Origin: Candidatus Saccharimonadota bacterium
Lineage (GTDB): Bacteria; Patescibacteriota; Saccharimonadia; Saccharimonadales; Saccharimonadaceae
Assembly: GCA_016700015.1 (NCBI GenBank)
Contig: CP064995.1
Location: forward strand, 900,001-932,000
DNA: 32,000 bases
Direction: 5' to 3'
The notes beneath the pieces are model-generated. The model ran no database searches, was not told the DNA's origin, and saw only the letters and a list, made by a program, of their open reading frames with translations. A program made the position numbers and the translations under genes. Below, one piece after another: positions 24,992-32,000 of the stretch (positions within the stretch are counted from its first letter, which is position 1; every line of letters begins with the position of its first letter).

Positions 24992-27170
24992 TGTTAAGGA
25001 TTTGAGGGTACTCGTCGATAATCTCGATGAGTATATTCGCATACCTGGTGGCGTAGATCGTCTTAAGAAGATGATACTGCATCTCGCCGTATCGGGTCAG
25101 CTTGTACCCCAGGATGCAGGCGAAGGTACTGGCGAGCAGCTATATGAACAGATTCGCGAAGTCTATAAGCCGAAAAAATCACTGCCAGAAGTTGACGTCG
25201 CTCCATTTACTATACCGATGAGCTGGCGATGGACTAGGCTAGGTGATCTGTTTGATATAACATCTAGTAGGCGTGTTATGCAGGCTGATTGGAAGAGTTC
25301 TGGAATCCCGTTTTTACGGGCTCGTGATTTAGCTAATGCCGTAAAGACTGGCCGTATTGAGGCAGAAGTATTTGTTAGTGAAGAGTATTATGGCGAGGTA
25401 GCTAAGAGTAGTGGCGTACCTGTTCCTGGAGATATAATGGTTAGTGGCGTTGGTACTATCGGTATACCATATATAGTCAAGATTAGTGATAGGTTCTACT
25501 TCAAAGACGCGACTATACTTTGGTTTCGAAATCCAGCAAAAGTCCTTGCTGATTTTGTTGAAATTGTTTTTCATGCTGAGTTCATGAAGAATGTCATCAT
25601 TAGTCAATCACAAGGCACGACAGTAAGTACTTACACAATTGCTGATGCGCGGCTTAATATGATGCCGTTGCCCCCACTCGCTGAGCAGGAGCGGATCATA
25701 GAGAAGAGAGATGTCCTCTTTGCTTTGATAGACGATTTGTCAAAAAAATATGCCGAAGAAGAGGCGCGACGCAAAAAACTAATAGGTAGCTTGTTGGGGG
25801 CATTTTCGGATAAAAATAACAGCAAAGCACTGGAACTATTATCAGAGCTGGTCCGATCTAAGGAGGATATATGGTGGCTGAGAAACTTCATTCTACATCA
25901 GGCTGTTTCTGGTAGGCTTACACAATCAGATCCAAGCTCTGAAGGTGTGCAAGTGCTATATGAAAGAGCACTTTTGGAACGTGCCAAGGTGCAATCGGGT
26001 AGCCACAAGCCACTACCGATCATCGAGAAACATGAAGGTGACTACGAGTTGCCAGATACCTGGCGTTGGGCTCGTCTTGGTGAGGTTACCAACTATGGGA
26101 AAACAGAAAAACGTAAGCCGGTAGATATTTCGGAGGAAACCTGGCTATTGGAACTTGAAGATATAGAGAAGAATTCTTCAAAGTTAATTTCAAAAGTCAC
26201 GGCAAACGAAAGAAACCCTTCAAGCGACAAAAATATATTTCGTAAGGGCGATGTATTATATGGAAAACTGCGTCCGTATTTGGACAAGGTTATTGTGGCG
26301 GATACTGATGGCGTGTGTTCAAGTGAAATACTTCCAATTAGGGCCTATGGTGATTCTATCCACCCCGAATATCTACTACTCGTAATGAAGTCTCCAAACT
26401 TTGTAGCGACAGTTAACGAGATGACGTACGGTGTAAAGATGCCGAGACTGGGCACTGAAGACGGTCGAAAGATGCTGATTCCACTTGCACCTTACGCAGA
26501 GCAGCTAGAGATAGTTGAGAGAACAAAACGACTACTTAGCCTGGTTGCTATGCTTGAGTCTGTATTTGACTCTCCTTGTATACCTATAGAAAGAGTATTA
26601 GTGAAAGACAATAGGTGGTGGTTTGCCCTTAAACAGGGCATTGGATCTGTGTTAGACAAACTTTCTAAAACACAGTACGAGCGTGGCGAGATGGTCATTG
26701 CAAAGTACATGTATCTCCTACAAGAAGTTTATAAAGTACCTTTCGGACTTCAGTTTGTTAAGCATCAGTTTGGACCATATGATCCTGATATCAAGAAGGC
26801 TATTTTAGGTAGTTCGTTCAATAAAGATAAGTTCTTCACGGTTAAAGGGTCGGGTGTGAAGCAGGTCTATAGTTTGGGCATGAAAAGCGATACACTTATG
26901 AAATACTCCTCAGATATCCTCACATCTGCACAGTCGTCACTAGATGAGTTGATGCAATATACTGCGAATGCGAAAAGCCGCGACATTGAGCGACTTGCAA
27001 CGGTCTGTAAAATCATTCAAGATAGCCAGTCAAATGATGAGCGGGTTGTGATAAATGAGATGAAAGCCTGGAAGAATGATAAATTCCCACCAGAAGAGGT
27101 AAGAAAGACTTTAGCCTTTGTTCATCAAAAAGGGTGGGATTCCAAGTTAATAAGAGGATCTTCGGTTTAA
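24981..27170 (+). CDS. hsdS: Type I RM specificity subunit with two target-recognition domains plus an unusual ~195-aa C-terminal extension (Panacea/DUF4065-like)
   Basis: TRD-flanking conserved repeats are present: PMSWRWTRLGDLF / PDTWRWARLGEVT, PLPPLAEQERII / PLAPYAEQLEIV, and LHLAVSGQL / LHQAVSGRL. At 729 aa the protein is far longer than typical HsdS. The tail contains AKYMYLLQEVYKVPFGLQFVKHQFGPYDPDI. Confidence 0.88.
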   Translation: MTSSVKDLRVLVDNLDEYIRIPGGVDRLKKMILHLAVSGQLVPQDAGEGTGEQLYEQIREVYKPKKSLPEVDVAPFTIPMSWRWTRLGDLFDITSSRRVMQADWKSSGIPFLRARDLANAVKTGRIEAEVFVSEEYYGEVAKSSGVPVPGDIMVSGVGTIGIPYIVKISDRFYFKDATILWFRNPAKVLADFVEIVFHAEFMKNVIISQSQGTTVSTYTIADARLNMMPLPPLAEQERIIEKRDVLFALIDDLSKKYAEEEARRKKLIGSLLGAFSDKNNSKALELLSELVRSKEDIWWLRNFILHQAVSGRLTQSDPSSEGVQVLYERALLERAKVQSGSHKPLPIIEKHEGDYELPDTWRWARLGEVTNYGKTEKRKPVDISEETWLLELEDIEKNSSKLISKVTANERNPSSDKNIFRKGDVLYGKLRPYLDKVIVADTDGVCSSEILPIRAYGDSIHPEYLLLVMKSPNFVATVNEMTYGVKMPRLGTEDGRKMLIPLAPYAEQLEIVERTKRLLSLVAMLESVFDSPCIPIERVLVKDNRWWFALKQGIGSVLDKLSKTQYERGEMVIAKYMYLLQEVYKVPFGLQFVKHQFGPYDPDIKKAILGSSFNKDKFFTVKGSGVKQVYSLGMKSDTLMKYSSDILTSAQSSLDELMQYTANAKSRDIERLATVCKIIQDSQSNDERVVINEMKAWKNDKFPPEEVRKTLAFVHQKGWDSKLIRGSSV

Positions 27171-27172
27171 CA

Positions 27173-27694
27173 ATGGCACACGTAGCCCTTATTGACATGA
27201 CGGCCGTCGAAGCACGAAAAGTCCTGTTGAAAAATGATAGCTATATTAACTTTGATTTACCAAATTATTTTAACTTTAGTCCTTTGTTGAACGCGATATC
27301 TACTAAGATGACTGGTAGTGTTTGGCAGGAGTTTCAAGGTATCGTCATTGACGATGACGGAAAGCCAAAGACAGCAAAAGATGGTAGTGAGATTCGAAAG
27401 AATCCGGGCTATCAATTTGGCGTTAATCATAGAATTGTTGTTAACAAAAACTCCAATCTATCATGGAGACCGCTTGAACTGACACATCCTGTCCTTTACG
27501 TTGCTTTGGCGCATTTATTTACCGACGAAGAAAACTGGAAGCTACTCACAGAGCGGTTCAAAAGTTTCAAGAGAGATACGATTGAAGTTGCCAGTATCCC
27601 CCCGGTAAATCATTTGATAAGAAATCAAATAAGGCAGAACAGATCAGGAAGTGGTGGGAGAAGAGCGAACAGCGTAGCGTCGAACTTGGACTAG
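27173..27694 (+). CDS. Abi/UG-type reverse transcriptase, N-terminal fragment (frame 1 of a split gene)
   Basis: ATG 27173 lies 2 nt after the hsdS stop. The N-terminus reads LLKNDSYINFDLPNYFNF. An RT motif 1/2-like segment is NLSWRPLELTHPVLYVAL. The frame ends at 27694, downstream of a C6 tract (27598-27603). Confidence 0.7.
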   Translation: MAHVALIDMTAVEARKVLLKNDSYINFDLPNYFNFSPLLNAISTKMTGSVWQEFQGIVIDDDGKPKTAKDGSEIRKNPGYQFGVNHRIVVNKNSNLSWRPLELTHPVLYVALAHLFTDEENWKLLTERFKSFKRDTIEVASIPPVNHLIRNQIRQNRSGSGGRRANSVASNLD

Positions 27695-27741
27695 AGTATA
27701 GCTATATTAGCGAGACAGACATATCGGACTGCTATAGCTCA

Positions 27742-28749
27742 ATGTATACGCATTCGGTTGCCTGGGCTATACATGGCCGCGATGAAGCCTTTGAGCAACA
27801 GCGCAATAAAGAACTGCTTGGAAATAAAATCGATGACATTTTGATGGCTATGCACCATCGGCAAACCAATGGTATTCCGCAGGGAAGTGCGATGTACGAC
27901 TTTATTGCCGAGCTAGTACTGGGCTATGTTGATACATTGCTAGTTGACGCAATAAGCAAGGAAAGCATTGAAGAGTATCGGATCATTCGATTTAGGGATG
28001 ATTATAAGATTTTCACCAAAAATCCAACAGACGGAAAGAAGATCCTTCGAGTTATTAGCGATACGCTTATAGACTTCGGTCTTAGGCTAAATGCGACGAA
28101 GACTGTCTTTGGCCGAAGTCTCATTGATGCATCGTTCAAGGCAGATAAGCTTGACGGGCTTTTCGTTCCCAAGATCGAAAACAACTACGCGAAACACCTG
28201 ATGCAAATCCATCAATTTTCTGAGAAATATCCAAATTCTGGTCAAGTTTCTAGGATGCTCAACATTCTCCACGATGATATGTATGCACGGTTAGGGGGTG
28301 GGTTAAAGAAGGACCTGAAGGATTACGAGAAGCCAAAAGTTATGATCAGCATTCTTGTTGATATGTGTGCTAAAAATCCAAGATTCTACAATATCATCGC
28401 CGCCATGATTAGTCTTCTTCTTTCGCAGCTGTCTGATGAAGACAAGGTTGCGACGGCACGTATTGTTCATGATCGGCTTCGAGCATTGCCAAACACGGGG
28501 CTACTGGATCTATGGTTGCAACGAGCTGTGTACAAATACGACCAAACTTTGTCATTTGGTGAACCGCTAGCACAAGTCCCAATACTGCATGACGGAAAGC
28601 CTGTTGGGATATGGAACAACGAGTGGCTCAACCAAGAGGCGATAGATCTAATAATGTCAGCAACGGTTGTAGATGTAGACCTCTACGCGAATAACTCTGC
28701 AGTTACGACCCGTGGTGAAGTCGATGAATTTAGGGATATACCGAGTTAA
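27742..28749 (+). CDS. Abi/UG-type reverse transcriptase, catalytic and C-terminal helical fragment (frame 2; the frame is open from 27586)
   Basis: RT motif A is TDISDCYSSMYTH (27715-27753, partly upstream of the first ATG). Motif B is GIPQGSAMYDFIAELVL (27871-). Motif C is RFRDDYKIF (27988-). Motif D/E-like is GLRLNATKT. A C-terminal alpha-helical repeat-like region follows. Confidence 0.8.
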   Translation: MYTHSVAWAIHGRDEAFEQQRNKELLGNKIDDILMAMHHRQTNGIPQGSAMYDFIAELVLGYVDTLLVDAISKESIEEYRIIRFRDDYKIFTKNPTDGKKILRVISDTLIDFGLRLNATKTVFGRSLIDASFKADKLDGLFVPKIENNYAKHLMQIHQFSEKYPNSGQVSRMLNILHDDMYARLGGGLKKDLKDYEKPKVMISILVDMCAKNPRFYNIIAAMISLLLSQLSDEDKVATARIVHDRLRALPNTGLLDLWLQRAVYKYDQTLSFGEPLAQVPILHDGKPVGIWNNEWLNQEAIDLIMSATVVDVDLYANNSAVTTRGEVDEFRDIPS

Positions 28750-28751
28750 CT

Positions 28752-30101
28752 ATGATTTCAAAATCCGACTACATGCTCTTCCTCAAACATCCAGCCTGGC
28801 TCTGGGTGAAGAAGCACGATCCTGGCAGGATTCCACCTGTAGATGATGCAACGCAGGCGATGTTTGATGCCGGTCATGCATTTGAGCCGTACGTTGAGTC
28901 TCTTTTTCCCGAAGGTGTGACGCTTGGTTTCGGTGACTACGATGAATATCTATCATTACCGGTCCGCACTCGGCAGGCGCTCGAATCGGGGGCGCGGATT
29001 TTGTTTCAGCCTCGATTTGAATGGAAAGACTTTACTTGTATATCAGATATCGTGTCGGTTGTAGAGGGCAACACTGTTGACCTATACGAAATTAAATCGA
29101 GTACAAAAGTAAAACCCGAGCATCTGTATGATCTGGCATTTCAGAAGGTAGTGCTAGAAGGCAATGGGTTATCAGTTCGCAATACATCGGTAATACATGT
29201 CAATAATCAGTATGTACGGCGTGGTGAAGTTAATCCACGCGAGCTTACGGCTTTTGAAGACGTGACCGGTAAAGTAAATGAAATTGCCGCCAAGACACCC
29301 GGCTATATGCAAGTGGCGGCACAGGTGGTGCAGTCGACGACAATGCCCGACCCGAATCCAAATCTCACGAAGCTAGGAGCAAAGGCAGAGTGGCTGCAAA
29401 TTTACGAAAATATCTTCCCGCCTGAGCCGAAAGTATGGCCAGAAGATACCGCACCGACGATTGATAAACAGGCTATCGCTGGTTTCTTGAACGACTTAAC
29501 ATACCCACTATACTTCCTCGATTACGAAACAATGTCTGGAATTATTCCGCATTTTGATGGCCAGCGCCCGTACCAACAGGTTCCCATGCAGTATTCATTG
29601 CATATTTTGCAAACACCAGATGGCGAACTCGAGCATCGCGAATTTCTACACCGCGATAATTCTGATCCAGCACGTCCGCTTGTCGAGCAACTAGTGGGCG
29701 ACGTCGGTACGGAGGGTTCAGTTATTGTATGGTTCGAAGGCTTTGAAAAATCGCGTAACGCCGAACTGGGTGAGATGTTTCCGGAGTATAGAGTGGCTAT
29801 GGCAGCACTCAACGATCGAGTGGTCGATTTGATTATTCCGTTTAAAAAGAAATGGTACGACGATCCTCGGTTTGAGGGGAGTGCGAGTATCAAAAAAGTG
29901 CTGCCCGTACTGTGTCCTGAGCTGTCATACAAAACCTTGGGCATTCAGGAAGGTGGTTCCGCTCAGCGATTGTGGATGGAGGCGGTACTAGATGGCACCC
30001 GCGAAGCAGAGAAGGAAAAGATACTCGCTGATTTACTGGAGTATTGCGGGTTGGATACGTTGGCGATGGTCGAGATATATCGGAGATTACGTGAACAATG
30101 A
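28752..30101 (+). CDS. DUF2779-like protein: N-terminal PD-(D/E)xK (Cas4/RecB-like) nuclease fold plus C-terminal RNase-H-fold DEDD-type exonuclease-like domain
   Basis: The N-terminus has ISDIV...VDLYEIKSSTK (D...ExK). The C-terminus has YPLYFLDYETM...RPYQQVPMQYSLHI...YCGLDTLAMVEIY, the pattern I associate with DUF2779. The start lies 2 nt after the RT stop. Confidence 0.75.
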   Translation: MISKSDYMLFLKHPAWLWVKKHDPGRIPPVDDATQAMFDAGHAFEPYVESLFPEGVTLGFGDYDEYLSLPVRTRQALESGARILFQPRFEWKDFTCISDIVSVVEGNTVDLYEIKSSTKVKPEHLYDLAFQKVVLEGNGLSVRNTSVIHVNNQYVRRGEVNPRELTAFEDVTGKVNEIAAKTPGYMQVAAQVVQSTTMPDPNPNLTKLGAKAEWLQIYENIFPPEPKVWPEDTAPTIDKQAIAGFLNDLTYPLYFLDYETMSGIIPHFDGQRPYQQVPMQYSLHILQTPDGELEHREFLHRDNSDPARPLVEQLVGDVGTEGSVIVWFEGFEKSRNAELGEMFPEYRVAMAALNDRVVDLIIPFKKKWYDDPRFEGSASIKKVLPVLCPELSYKTLGIQEGGSAQRLWMEAVLDGTREAEKEKILADLLEYCGLDTLAMVEIYRRLREQ

Positions 30102-30706
30102 GAGTAGCATGCCCTAGCTGTGGTTCGACAAACACGTGTCGCATTCAGTATGGCATGCCTGATTTCACCGAGAAGCTTGAGCGAGATGTTGAAGCCGGAA
30201 AAGTTCACTTAGGCGGGTGTGTCGTATTAGGAGGTGACCCGAATCGTTACTGTAACAACTGCGAAATAGACTTCGATACCAATGCTACAAGTATTTATCT
30301 CGACATCGACGGCGTGCTACTCGCAAATGAAAAAACCGCCGCTAATTATGCCAATGAATTCATTCAGACTGTTTTAGATCGGTATCCGTATACGACTTAC
30401 TGGCTCACCACCCACTGCTGGAGGGGCGAGAATAACGCTAAGGAAGTTCTGAGCCCTTATCTGAGACCAGACATACTCCCACTACTCGATAAGATAAAGC
30501 CGACCGAGTGGGGAGAAGAAAAGACTGACGCTATAGACTTCAGTAAGCCGTTTAAATGGTTTGATGACGACCTGTACGAAAAGGAGCTAGCGGTGCTTGC
30601 GGAAAATAATGCACTTGAGAGCTGGGTAGAGATTGATTTATCTAAGGATCCTGACCAGCTCGCGCAGAGTATCTGTGACCTACAGAACGAGGCGTGGGCA
30701 AAATGA
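30098..30706 (+). CDS. Zinc-ribbon plus HAD-superfamily phosphatase-like protein
   Basis: It shares an ATGA start/stop overlap with the upstream gene. The Zn ribbon is CPSCGS...CNNCE. HAD motif I is YLDIDGVLL, motif II-like is WLTTH and the acidic motif IV-like is WFDDD. Confidence 0.65.
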   Translation: MRVACPSCGSTNTCRIQYGMPDFTEKLERDVEAGKVHLGGCVVLGGDPNRYCNNCEIDFDTNATSIYLDIDGVLLANEKTAANYANEFIQTVLDRYPYTTYWLTTHCWRGENNAKEVLSPYLRPDILPLLDKIKPTEWGEEKTDAIDFSKPFKWFDDDLYEKELAVLAENNALESWVEIDLSKDPDQLAQSICDLQNEAWAK

Positions 30707-31194
30707 AGAAACGAATCACGGATGACTACCTTGCGATTATCGACGGAGAGCCAAGTTTGCGCCAAGACCTATGGTTTTATATTCAGGTAGGTAAGATCGT
30801 AGGTCAGGTCAACTCGATCGAGATGTACATAAATGGCGTCATCGCGAGTTACTACAGTAGGCAGGATATTGATTCCCAAGAAAGGTTGAAGAGGGATATC
30901 GTCCAACCTATGACGCTTGACACTAAAATAGGTCTCGTGAAAAAGATAGCTATAAATCTCAGGCTTGGATTCTCGCGTCAGAATAAAAGTGATTTGTACA
31001 GATGGAAGGACATCAGGAACGTTGTAGCCCATGGAGTTCCTTTGCATGTATCTAGGCCGGACGACCCGATCGAACTCGTGTTGGTGTATAACAATGACTT
31101 CTATGACGTAGGTGTGCTCACTGAGGAGTTCTACGAAAGGCAGAATAGATTAACGAGCTACCTGACCTCCATCCAGGAGTCTATAGAAGATTAA
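30703..31194 (+). CDS. Small HEPN-like (Rx4H; DUF4145-like) protein
   Basis: The ORF is open from 30694. ATG 30703 forms an ATGA overlap with the upstream stop. The Rx4H motif is WKDIRNVVAHG (31015-31032) in a predicted all-helical ~160-aa protein. Confidence 0.55.
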   Translation: MKKRITDDYLAIIDGEPSLRQDLWFYIQVGKIVGQVNSIEMYINGVIASYYSRQDIDSQERLKRDIVQPMTLDTKIGLVKKIAINLRLGFSRQNKSDLYRWKDIRNVVAHGVPLHVSRPDDPIELVLVYNNDFYDVGVLTEEFYERQNRLTSYLTSIQESIED

Positions 31195-31324
31195 TCTTAG
31201 ATAGGCGAAAAGTTCACTTATCGTTTCTGGGGTGGCAAAATGGATCAATGTATGAAATGCCGTGCTCCTTCGTGAATATGTCAGCGATATATCACTATAT
31301 GTTATTGCGCGGAGGTTGAGCACG

Positions 31325-31353
31325 TTGTAATTGATAGCTTACGACTCTATAAT
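31325..31353 (+). promoter_or_regulatory. Sigma70-like promoter giving an apparently leaderless transcript
   Basis: TTGTAA (31325-31330), a 17-nt spacer and TATAAT (31348-31353) are present. The ATG at 31360 lies 7 nt after the -10 box, and there is no SD. Confidence 0.55.
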
Positions 31354-31359
31354 GAGCTT

Positions 31360-31809
31360 ATGAGCAAGGGAAGCCCAGAGGATAAACGAAAACACCTGGA
31401 GATGATCCAGGCTGTTATATCGCGTATGGGCTCGAATTCATTTCTATTTAAGGGGTGGTCAATAACCATTATCGCCGCAGTTTCTGCGTTCGCAGGCAAG
31501 GAGAGCGACCACACTTTGATGCTCATTCCTGTCGTTTCAACACTTTTATTTTGGGCTATTGATGCTTATTATCTTATGAATGAAAGGGCATTTCGTAAGT
31601 TATACGAGAAAGTAGCGGCGACCGACCCAAGTGACATAGACTTCGCCATGACTCCCGCAAAAGAATATATCGGTTTCAAAAACTGGCTGAAGACGCTAAA
31701 GACCACGATTCTTAGTCTATTTTACGGTGTCGTGCTCATGTTATTGATATTCTTAATCTTCGCAATAAATAACATAAGCTTGGAGGTGTTGATACACTAT
31801 GGTGCGTAA
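31360..31809 (+). CDS. Small 3-TM membrane protein (149 aa), partner of the downstream TIR gene
   Basis: The hydrophobic segments are WSITIIAAVSAFA, LMLIPVVSTLLFWAIDAYY and ILSLFYGVVLMLLIFLIFAI. The 3' end overlaps the next ORF by 11 nt. Confidence 0.6.
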   Translation: MSKGSPEDKRKHLEMIQAVISRMGSNSFLFKGWSITIIAAVSAFAGKESDHTLMLIPVVSTLLFWAIDAYYLMNERAFRKLYEKVAATDPSDIDFAMTPAKEYIGFKNWLKTLKTTILSLFYGVVLMLLIFLIFAINNISLEVLIHYGA

Positions 31810-32000
31810 GGTATTTTTTAGTTTTCACTACAAACCAGATAATTGGCGTGCAGCACAGGTACGCAGTATCGGCGTAGTCGAAGGTAATAACCCTGTTTCT
31901 GATAACGACTGGGAGGACATCGCAGATGGTGGTGACGATGCAATTGAAAAATGGATAAACGACCAGATGTCTGGAAAAAGCTGCGCAGTAGTCTTGGTTG
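31799..32000 (+). CDS. ThsB-like TIR domain protein (DUF1863/TIR-like), 3' end outside the window
   Basis: This ORF is not in the ORF track because it is truncated. GGAGGTG (31783-31789) lies 9 nt before ATG 31799. The translation MVRKVFFSFHYKPDNWRAAQVRSIG...DWEDIADGGDDAIEKWINDQMSGKSCAVVLV parallels the N-terminus of Thoeris ThsB (..RVFFSFHY....R.N.VRN...) as I recall it. Confidence 0.7.
   Translation, partial: MVRKVFFSFHYKPDNWRAAQVRSIGVVEGNNPVSDNDWEDIADGGDDAIEKWINDQMSGKSCAVVLV

Larger units (their letters stand above)
14071..32000. mobile_element. tRNA-Asn-adjacent genomic/defence island (right end outside the window)
   Basis: It starts immediately 3' of a tRNA. It contains a serine recombinase, phage-type genes, an RM system, an RT and a TIR gene. 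Spot counts of single 60-nt lines give lower GC in the island (21/60 and 25/60) than in the core (28/60 and 37/60). No second copy of the tRNA 3' end was seen inside the window. Confidence 0.6.

Noticed and set aside
26900-27172. Retron-like msr/msd or other template ncRNA upstream of the RT
   Set aside because: The RT ATG lies 2 nt after the hsdS stop, and the upstream sequence is coding. There is no non-coding space or obvious long inverted repeats.
31240-31275. 11-codon mini-ORF (MDQCMKCRAPS) in the HEPN to TM-protein intergenic region
   Set aside because: It is too short and has no convincing RBS. There is nothing in the sequence to distinguish it from chance.
1-32000. CRISPR arrays, rRNA genes, IS elements/transposases, tandem satellite repeats
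   Set aside because: I found no regularly spaced direct repeats, no rRNA-like sequence and no DDE/HUH transposase-like ORFs when reading through the window.

Overview
The window has two parts, split at an intron-containing tRNA gene (13769-14070). The left part (1-13.7 kb) looks like core chromosome. It holds the glmS 3' end, a cell-envelope/glycan cluster (GT4 glycosyltransferase, WbaP-like priming phosphoglycosyl transferase, Wzy/O-antigen-ligase-like membrane protein, a large secreted SGNH/GDSL hydrolase, a membrane-anchored Ig-like/beta-propeller protein), a LexA-N-terminal-only HTH protein, a class-A beta-lactamase-like serine hydrolase, a Cys-cluster protein and a GrpB-family protein. 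The style fits a Gram-positive-like or CPR/Patescibacteria-type genome, but taxonomy cannot be settled from this sequence. The tRNA is a tRNA-Asn(GUU) whose anticodon loop is interrupted by a 227-nt ORF-less group I intron. Directly 3' of the tRNA an accessory island begins that looks more AT-rich in spot checks, and it runs off the window. The island has three modules. (A) A mobile-element module: large serine recombinase, two NucS-like PD-(D/E)xK proteins, a phage-type HTH/small-terminase-like protein and a ParB-domain DNA methyltransferase. (B) A ~10 kb same-strand, gap-free gene array: hsdR, hsdM, hsdS with a ~195-aa C-terminal extension that resembles a Panacea/DUF4065 antitoxin domain, an Abi/UG-type reverse transcriptase split by a frame break at a C6 tract, a DUF2779-like PD-(D/E)xK + DEDD-exonuclease protein, a Zn-ribbon-HAD protein and a small HEPN (Rx4H) protein. 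(C) An apparently leaderless pair: a 3-TM protein and a ThsB-like TIR protein, the latter cut by the window end. Module B is the best candidate for an undescribed composite defence system, namely a type I RM physically and translationally coupled to RT/nuclease/HAD/HEPN genes. No CRISPR array, rRNA or transposase/IS element was seen.
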